From contig JAYWEM010000112.1 in the NCBI GenBank assembly GCA_043779265.1, positions 1 through 20,495 on the forward strand: DNA of 20,495 nucleotides, in the 5' to 3' direction. A model generated the notes under the pieces. That model worked only from the letters and a program-made list of their open reading frames with translations, did not search any database and was not told the DNA's origin. A program made the translations under genes and the position numbers. This document shows, one piece after another, positions 14,723-20,495 of this stretch. Position 1 is the first letter of the stretch, and the number at the start of each line of letters is the position of its first letter. This stretch comes from a bacterium (GTDB lineage Bacteria > Eisenbacteria > RBG-16-71-46).

Positions 14723-15810
14723 CGCATCGCATCACATTGATCCCGGGAGATGGGATCGGACCGGAACTCACGGCCGCCACCACGCGTGCCATCGAAGCGA
14801 CCGGCGTCGCGATCGAGTGGGATGTGCAGACGGCGGGCGCCGATGTCACTGTCGACGAGGGCACGCCGCTCCCGGCGCGCGTGCTCGAGTCGCTGCGCCG
14901 CAACGGCGTCGGACTGAAGGGTCCGCTGACCACACCGGTCGGTGCGGGCTTCCGCTCGGTCAACGTCGCCATCCGCACCGAGCTGGATGTCTACGCCAGT
15001 GTTCGGCCGTCGCGGACCTACCTGGGGATCCCCGAGTCGGCGAAGGATGTCGATCTGGTCATCATCCGCGAGAACACCGAGAGCGAGTACGTCGGGATCG
15101 AGTTCGAGAACGGCTCCCCCGAGGCCGCGGAACTGCGCGACTTCGCGCAGAAGCACGTCGGCAGGAGCTTTCGCGAGGATTCCGCCGTCGCCCTGCGGCC
15201 GATCTCGGTGACGGGGTCGCGCCGGATCGTGGAGTACGCGTTCCGATTCGCCCGCCAGCACGATCGCAAGAAGGTGACGGCGATCCACAAAGCCAACATC
15301 CTCAAGCACACGGATGGCCTGTTCCTCGAAGTCGCGCGGTCGGTCGCCGGAGCGCATCGCGACATCGAGTTCTCCGACATGATCGTGGACGCGGCATGCA
15401 TGAATCTGGTGCAGCGTCCGCAGCAGTTCGATGTGATGGTGATGCCGAATCTCTATGGCGACATCCTGAGCGACTTGTGTGCCGGGCTGGTCGGTGGCCT
15501 CGGCGTCGCGCCGGGCGCGAATCTCGGAGAACATGCCGCGGTGTTCGAACCGGTGCACGGCAGCGCCCCCGGTTTCAAGGGTTCGGGGCTCATGAATCCC
15601 ACTGCGATGATGCTGTCGGCCGCGATGATGCTGCATCACATCGAGGAAGGCGCCGCTGCACGGCGACTCGAAGCCGCCGTCGAGCGTGTGCTGGGTGAGG
15701 GCACATCGGTCACGCGCGATCTACTGGAACCGGCGAGGCAATCGGACGGTGCGACGACCGAGCAGATGACCGACGCCGTCATCGCGGCCATGCGCCAGGC
15801 AGGGGGCTGA
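14719..15810 (+). CDS. icd: Isocitrate dehydrogenase (isocitrate/isopropylmalate dehydrogenase family)
   Basis: IPGDGIGPE, LKGPLTTPVGAGFRSVNVAIR (isocitrate-type S-x-N-xxx-R), RENTE, HKANILK, NLYGDILSD, EPVHGSAP. Confidence 0.9.
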   Translation: MTHRITLIPGDGIGPELTAATTRAIEATGVAIEWDVQTAGADVTVDEGTPLPARVLESLRRNGVGLKGPLTTPVGAGFRSVNVAIRTELDVYASVRPSRTYLGIPESAKDVDLVIIRENTESEYVGIEFENGSPEAAELRDFAQKHVGRSFREDSAVALRPISVTGSRRIVEYAFRFARQHDRKKVTAIHKANILKHTDGLFLEVARSVAGAHRDIEFSDMIVDAACMNLVQRPQQFDVMVMPNLYGDILSDLCAGLVGGLGVAPGANLGEHAAVFEPVHGSAPGFKGSGLMNPTAMMLSAAMMLHHIEEGAAARRLEAAVERVLGEGTSVTRDLLEPARQSDGATTEQMTDAVIAAMRQAGG

Positions 15811-15811
15811 C

Positions 15812-16825
15812 GTGCTCGTCGATCTCGCACGCATCCACTGCATCGCCGGCAAGGGGGGCGCTGGGTGCATCAGCTTCCGCCGGGAGAAGTTCGTCCCCAA
15901 GGGTGGCCCCGACGGCGGCAACGGCGGCCGGGGCGGTAGCGTGTTCTTCGAGGTCGATCCCCACAAGCGGACGCTGCTCGACTGCCGTGAGCAGCCGCGC
16001 TGGAAGGCACAGGGCGGCAAGAACGGCTCGGGCAGCAACAAGACAGGTCGCGATGGCCTCGACCTGCACATCAAGGTGCCGCCGGGGACGATCGTGCGGA
16101 ACATGGAGACCGGCGAGGTGATCGTGGATCTGGTCGAGCCGGGCCGGCAGGTCTGTGTCGCCAAGGGCGGGCGCGGAGGACGTGGCAATGCCCGATTCGC
16201 GACCTCGACGCATCAGGCCCCGCGCCGCGCGGACCCGGGTGAGGCCGGTCAGGAGCTCCAAGTGGAACTGGAGCTCAAGTTGATCGCCGACGTCGGGCTG
16301 GTCGGCCTGCCGAACGCCGGGAAGTCCACGCTCCTCTCGCGGATCACTCGTGCGACACCGAAGATCGCCGACTATCCGTTCACGACGCTCGAGCCGAACC
16401 TCGGGATCGTCGCGCTCGATGCCGAACGCAGTTTCCTCGTTGCCGACCTGCCTGGTCTGATCGAGGGTGCGAGCGAGGGCAAGGGGCTCGGTCACCAGTT
16501 CCTCCGCCACGTCGAGCGCACGCGTGTGCTGGCATTCCTGATCGATGCCTCGAGCGAGGATGCGGCGGCGACGCTCGCTCTGCTCGAGCGCGAGACGGAG
16601 TCCTTCAGCCTCACCATGGCCGAGAAGCCCCGACTCGTGATACTCAGCAAGGCGGACCTGCTCCCTCCGGAGGATCGCGCCGATGCCCCGGCGCGGGCCG
16701 GGATGCCGCAGGCCCTGGTCATGAGCGCCCAAACGGGCGACGGAGTCCGCCCGATGCTCGAGGCGCTCTGGTCCCACATCATCGCCGCCGAGAAGCTGGA
16801 AGAGGAGAACGAGTCCGATGGATGA
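15812..16825 (+). CDS. obgE: GTPase ObgE/CgtA
   Basis: SFRREKFVPKGGPDGGNGGRGG, ELELKLIADVGLVGLPNAGKSTLL, ADYPFTTL, DLPGLIEGA, SKAD. Confidence 0.98.
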   Translation: MLVDLARIHCIAGKGGAGCISFRREKFVPKGGPDGGNGGRGGSVFFEVDPHKRTLLDCREQPRWKAQGGKNGSGSNKTGRDGLDLHIKVPPGTIVRNMETGEVIVDLVEPGRQVCVAKGGRGGRGNARFATSTHQAPRRADPGEAGQELQVELELKLIADVGLVGLPNAGKSTLLSRITRATPKIADYPFTTLEPNLGIVALDAERSFLVADLPGLIEGASEGKGLGHQFLRHVERTRVLAFLIDASSEDAAATLALLERETESFSLTMAEKPRLVILSKADLLPPEDRADAPARAGMPQALVMSAQTGDGVRPMLEALWSHIIAAEKLEEENESDG

Positions 16826-17465
16826 TCGCAATGCGAGCCGCACACAGGACGCCATGAACGCGCGCGGGCTCGCGGGCAAGCGCGACTATGTGCGCTCGCT
16901 CGAGCAGCGGACCGATGCCGAGTCCCTGTCGCTGCTCGTCGAGTGCCTGTGCGATGAATCGTGGTACCTGCGCGAACTGGCGGAGGTGGCCCTGCAGCGG
17001 ATGGGCGAACGAGCGGCTGATGCGCTGGTGCCGATCCTCGAGACCGGCCTGTGGTACTCCCGCGCGAGCGCGGCACGCGTGCTCGGTCGGCTGGGCTATG
17101 GACCGGCGGTCTCGGGCATGCTGCGGCTCTGCGGCGATGACAACGGCACCGTGGCGCTCGCGGCCCGCGAATCACTCGCGGATCTCGCACAGCGGGGCGG
17201 CTCCGTGCGGATCGCGTGGGAACTCGTGCGACTGACGCCCGAGGAACGTCGCGGGCGGCTCTCGGGCTTCTCCGCTCTGCACCGCCCGCTCGGCGAGCGG
17301 TTGGAGCGATTGATCCGCAACGAGGAACTGATGTCATCCGAAGCCCCCGATGCCCTGCGCGATGACAGTCCCATCGTCCGCGCCAGTGAGGAGGGGGTGG
17401 AGTGGGAGATCATCACCGGACCGCCGGTCTCGCGGTCCTCCGGTCCCGGTACGAGCGACGCGTGA
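16818..17465 (+). CDS. HEAT-repeat (PBS lyase-like) protein
   Basis: Three repeats: LVECLCDESWYLRELAEVAL, LVPILETGLWYSRASAARVLGRLG, MLRLCGDDNGTVALAARESL. Overlaps obgE by 8 nt. Confidence 0.8.
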   Translation: MDDRNASRTQDAMNARGLAGKRDYVRSLEQRTDAESLSLLVECLCDESWYLRELAEVALQRMGERAADALVPILETGLWYSRASAARVLGRLGYGPAVSGMLRLCGDDNGTVALAARESLADLAQRGGSVRIAWELVRLTPEERRGRLSGFSALHRPLGERLERLIRNEELMSSEAPDALRDDSPIVRASEEGVEWEIITGPPVSRSSGPGTSDA

Positions 17466-18340
17466 CGCCGGCGCCGCTCGTGCGCGAGACGCCGCGTCCG
17501 GCCGAGCGGCGGTGTCTCGTGCGCGGCGGAGCATCGTGGCCCGCCGCGTTCGAGCGATTGTCGGATGTGCCCGCACGGCTGTTCGCCGAGGGTTCCGAAC
17601 TTCCGCTGCCCGCCCATGCCGTCGCGATCGTCGGGGCACGAGCTGCCACCGGATACGGGCTCGAGGCCGCGCACCGACTGGCACACGACCTCGCTGCGAG
17701 CGGCTACACGATCGTCAGCGGCCTCGCTCGCGGAATCGACGCCTCGGCGCATGAGGGCGCGCTCGCCGCGGGTGGCCGCACCATCGCTGTCCTGCCGAGT
17801 GCGCTGGATACGATCACGCCTCACGAGCACGCGGGACTGGCCGCTCGGATCGCACGCCAGGGCACGCTGGTCAGTGAAGTGCAATCGGGTGGCCCCTTCG
17901 GCCGGGGCGCGTTCGTGAAGCGCAACCGCATCATCGCCGCTCTCGCGGGAGCGACGGTCGTGGTCGAGGCGGGCGAGCGCAGCGGGGCGCTGACGACGGC
18001 CTCCTTCGCGAAGCAACTGGGGCGCGCCGTCCTGGCCGTCCCCGGCGATCTCGATCGGCCGACGTCGAGAGGCCCGCTCGGCCTGTTGCGTCAGGGCGCT
18101 CTCGTCTGCGCGGACGCCGGAGACGTGCGCGCGGCGCTGGTGGGTTTCGGGTTCGGAGCACCCATCGGGGATGCACGCGCCCGTCTCGCGGGACTCCTCT
18201 CGGGCGAAGCGCGCACGCTCGAGTGGCTGGCCGCTGCGGCGGGTATCCCGAGCGAGGAGGCGATCGCACTGCTGCTCGCGCTCGAGTGGTCGGGTGTCGC
18301 GAGCCCGCGGCCGGGTGGCCGCTGGGCGAGCCGCGCATGA
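17462..18340 (+). CDS. dprA: DNA-processing protein DprA (no N-terminal SAM domain)
   Basis: GTGA overlap. VAIVGARAATGYG, IVSGLARGIDASAHEGAL, FVKRNRIIAALA, VVEAGERSGALTTA, AVPG, and a C-terminal winged-helix-like LLALEWSG. Confidence 0.93.
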   Translation: MTPAPLVRETPRPAERRCLVRGGASWPAAFERLSDVPARLFAEGSELPLPAHAVAIVGARAATGYGLEAAHRLAHDLAASGYTIVSGLARGIDASAHEGALAAGGRTIAVLPSALDTITPHEHAGLAARIARQGTLVSEVQSGGPFGRGAFVKRNRIIAALAGATVVVEAGERSGALTTASFAKQLGRAVLAVPGDLDRPTSRGPLGLLRQGALVCADAGDVRAALVGFGFGAPIGDARARLAGLLSGEARTLEWLAAAAGIPSEEAIALLLALEWSGVASPRPGGRWASRA

Positions 18341-19227
18341 AGCCTTCGCACCTGATCGAGACTGCCCTGCTGCACGCCGTGGCCGGCGGCTTCGGTGCGC
18401 TGCCATGGCAGGCGGCAGTCTCGGTCGGTGCTTCGATCGGGCGACTGCTGCATGTGTCGGGCCTTCGTGCGCGCGTCGCGCGGGAGAATCTGGCGTTCGT
18501 CTTCCCGGATCGCTCGGAGGGTGAGCGTGAGGCGCTCCTCGCGCTGCACTACCGAGAGCTTGGACGTGTCGCCGGCGAGTACGCGCACCTGCCGCGCCTC
18601 GCCTACGCGCCTCGCGAGCAGGTCTTCTCAAGCTACGAGGGGGAGGAGCATCTGCGCGAGGCGGCTTCGCACGGCCGAGGCGTGCTCCTGATGACCGGAC
18701 ACTTCGGCAACTTCGAGCTGCTGGGCGCGAGCATCGGACGGATGCAGCCCGTCGATGCCGTGTTCCGGCCACCGAGCAATCCCGGAACCGGCCGCTGGTT
18801 GCTGGCGACGAGGGCGGCAGCGGGCCTGGGTCAAGTCTCGACGAGTGGCGGGATCAAGCGCGTGTTCCAGACACTGCGCGCCGGGCGCTGGGTCGGGTTG
18901 CTCGGGGATCAGAATGCCCGGAGCGACGGCGTGTTCGTGCCGTTCTTGGGGCGAGCCGCCAGCACGGCGGCAGGTCCGGCACGCATCTCGCTCGCCACCG
19001 GTGCGCCGATCGTGTTCGGTTCGATCCGCCGGCAGCCGAACGGTCTCCACCGAGTCGTCATCGCGCCACCGCTGTTCCCGCAGGGAGATGCTCGAGATGA
19101 GGCTGCTGTCCGCGCCCTGACCGAGCAGCACACGCGACTGCTCGAGCGCGTCGTGCTCGAGGCGCCCGAGCACTGGTTCTGGCTGCATCGTCGATGGAAG
19201 ACGCGGCCCCCGGAAGGAGTCGAGTGA
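18337..19227 (+). CDS. lpxL: Lipid A lauroyl/myristoyl acyltransferase family (LpxL/HtrB-like)
   Basis: ATGA overlap. ARENL, TGHFGNFE, LGDQN, FVPFLG, PEHWFWLHRRWK. Confidence 0.88.
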   Translation: MKPSHLIETALLHAVAGGFGALPWQAAVSVGASIGRLLHVSGLRARVARENLAFVFPDRSEGEREALLALHYRELGRVAGEYAHLPRLAYAPREQVFSSYEGEEHLREAASHGRGVLLMTGHFGNFELLGASIGRMQPVDAVFRPPSNPGTGRWLLATRAAAGLGQVSTSGGIKRVFQTLRAGRWVGLLGDQNARSDGVFVPFLGRAASTAAGPARISLATGAPIVFGSIRRQPNGLHRVVIAPPLFPQGDARDEAAVRALTEQHTRLLERVVLEAPEHWFWLHRRWKTRPPEGVE

Positions 19228-19682
19228 TGCACCGATTCACACAGCGTGTCCGCTACGCCGACGTCGATCAGATGGGATGGGTCTACTACGGCCGCTACCT
19301 CACGTTCTTCGAGGTCGGCCGAGCCGAGATGATGCGCTCACTCGGCAGGAGCTATGCACAGATCGAGCGTGAGGAGGGCGTGCTGCTGCCGGTGCTGGAG
19401 GCGCGTTGTCGCTACTTGCGCGGCGCTCGCTACGACGAGGCCGTCACGATCGAGACCGGGATACTCACGCGCGGGCGAGCCACCATGAAGTTCGGCTATC
19501 GCCTGATCGGCGAGGATGGCGCGACGCTCGCGCTCGGATTCACCGAGCACTGTGTCGTCGATTCGAAGGGGCAGCCGACGCGGCCCCCCGCATCGCTGCG
19601 GGCCTTTCTCGACCGGGCGCCGGTGATCGAGGACGCGCTTGGCCGCGAGATGCTCGGCGCGATCACTCCGCCCGGCCGGTGA
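19227..19682 (+). CDS. Acyl-CoA thioesterase (YbgC/FadM hotdog family)
   Basis: TGATG coupling. RVRYADVDQMGWVYYGRYLTFFEVGR and CRYLRGARYDE. Confidence 0.9.
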   Translation: MHRFTQRVRYADVDQMGWVYYGRYLTFFEVGRAEMMRSLGRSYAQIEREEGVLLPVLEARCRYLRGARYDEAVTIETGILTRGRATMKFGYRLIGEDGATLALGFTEHCVVDSKGQPTRPPASLRAFLDRAPVIEDALGREMLGAITPPGR

Positions 19683-19980
19683 AGCCGAGTTCGTTCTTCT
19701 TCCCCGTCTCGGCCGGCAAGCGGATCTCGCCGAACTGCTTCTCGAAGTTCCCGAGGTTCTCGCCCAACGCCCGGTGCATTCCCTTGGCGGCCTGCGGCGT
19801 CATGACGATGCGCGAGAACACTCGTGCCTTGGGGAGGCCCGGCAGCAGGCGGGCGAAGTCGAGGATCAGCTCGGCGCTCGAGTGGGTGATGAACACCACA
19901 TTCGAGTAGATGCCCTGAGCCTCATTCTCTCCGAGACCGATCTCGATGGACTGCTGGGGCTGTGACGGCTGTTCGGGCAC
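19663..19980 (-). CDS. DUF3467-family protein (105 aa)
   Basis: On the minus strand, SD GAGGAGG precedes GTG at 19980. IEIGL..AQGIYSNVVFITHSSAELILDF...SRIVMTPQAAK...LGENLGNFEKQFGEI. Confidence 0.85.
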   Translation of the reverse strand: MPEQPSQPQQSIEIGLGENEAQGIYSNVVFITHSSAELILDFARLLPGLPKARVFSRIVMTPQAAKGMHRALGENLGNFEKQFGEIRLPAETGKKNELGFTGRAE

Positions 19981-20107
19981 GACGTCCTCCTCGGTGAGTG
20001 GCGGGAGCCCATGCTGGCGGAGCGTGCTCGGCCGGGTCAAGACGCAGGCCGTCCCTGCCGATGACAAGCAGGAGCCGTGGGGTGGTTCGACCCCTGGCCC
20101 CACCACC

Positions 20108-20494
20108 ATGGACCGACCCTCCCGCACACCCGCTCATTCCGCCGATGCCGCAGTCCCACCCGCGCGCATCCTCTCGGCATTGTTCGCGGCCGAGGCTGAC
20201 CGCGATGCGCTCGAGCGCATGCTCCTGCGCTGGGCGGTGCATCCCGCGGGCGGCGATGCCGTCAACGCGTGGCTCCTGACCTGGGAGCCGCGAGACCAGG
20301 TCCTGTCGCTGCAGCGCCACCTCGAGCGCGAGGACCGGCAAGCGTCGCTGCTCGAGGAACTCGGCCGGGCGCGTCGCGCGGCTCCTCAGCGCCTCTCGAG
20401 GGATGAGCGTGCGATCCCCTGGGGCATCGAGCCCTCCGCTCTCGTCCCGGCGCTCGCCGAGGTCTGGCGAGGTGGCGGCGCCGCGATCGACGTG
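20108..20494 (+). CDS. Hypothetical protein, N-terminal part; possible degenerate GAF domain (runs off window)
   Basis: Not in the ORF track. Open from ATG 20108 to the edge: MDRPSRTP...ILSALFAAEADRDALERMLLRWAVHPAGGDAVNAWLLTWEPRDQVLSL... Confidence 0.55.
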   Translation, partial: MDRPSRTPAHSADAAVPPARILSALFAAEADRDALERMLLRWAVHPAGGDAVNAWLLTWEPRDQVLSLQRHLEREDRQASLLEELGRARRAAPQRLSRDERAIPWGIEPSALVPALAEVWRGGGAAIDV

Positions 20495-20495
20495 C

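Noticed and set aside
11541..16879. Long minus-strand ORFs (11541..13349, 13651..15639, 15779..16879)
   Set aside because: They are antisense shadows of well-supported + strand genes in high-GC DNA, with no recognisable motifs.
20077..20108. tRNA-like 3' end GGTTCGACCCCTGGCCCCACCACCA, with TTCGA-to-CCA spacing matching a tRNA
   Set aside because: Only 2 of 5 T-stem pairs form, there is no matching acceptor 5' strand or D-arm upstream, and no integrase is nearby. It is better explained as a local GTGGGG/CCCCAC hairpin; tRNAscan-SE or ARAGORN would settle it.
1..20495. CRISPR arrays, IS/integrase/phage genes, DGR or defence systems
   Set aside because: I saw no regularly spaced repeats, transposase, recombinase or reverse-transcriptase motifs. 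Pilin repeat mismatches are mostly synonymous and not adenine-specific.

Overview
High-GC (roughly 70% by eye) bacterial window with almost all genes on the + strand. The cell is diderm, judging by a secretin, LolA and a lipid A-type acyltransferase. Bases 1-8407 are a type IVa pilus locus: three tandem Cys-free pilin paralogues (the first truncated by the window edge), a candidate sigma-54 promoter, an ABC ATPase/permease/TPR-like trio resembling Myxococcus pilH-pilI-pilG or Geobacter xap, and pilMNOPQ with a non-lipoprotein PilP and a short AMIN-less PilQ. Bases 8505-19682 are a tightly coupled 14-gene run: aroK, a DUF4292/LolB-like lipoprotein, lolA, rsmD, coaD, pta, an FmdB zinc ribbon, an aconitase-like protein, isocitrate dehydrogenase, obgE, a HEAT-repeat protein, dprA, an LpxL-like acyltransferase and an acyl-CoA thioesterase. 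A convergent DUF3467 gene and a truncated possible GAF-domain gene end the window. The standout is the 609-aa aconitase homologue. Its ORF is intact, but every [4Fe-4S] ligand and catalytic motif appears replaced, making it a candidate pseudo-enzyme coupled to a zinc-ribbon protein and an apparently active IDH. I saw no tRNA, rRNA, CRISPR array or mobile element. All family calls come from motif recognition by eye, not database searches.
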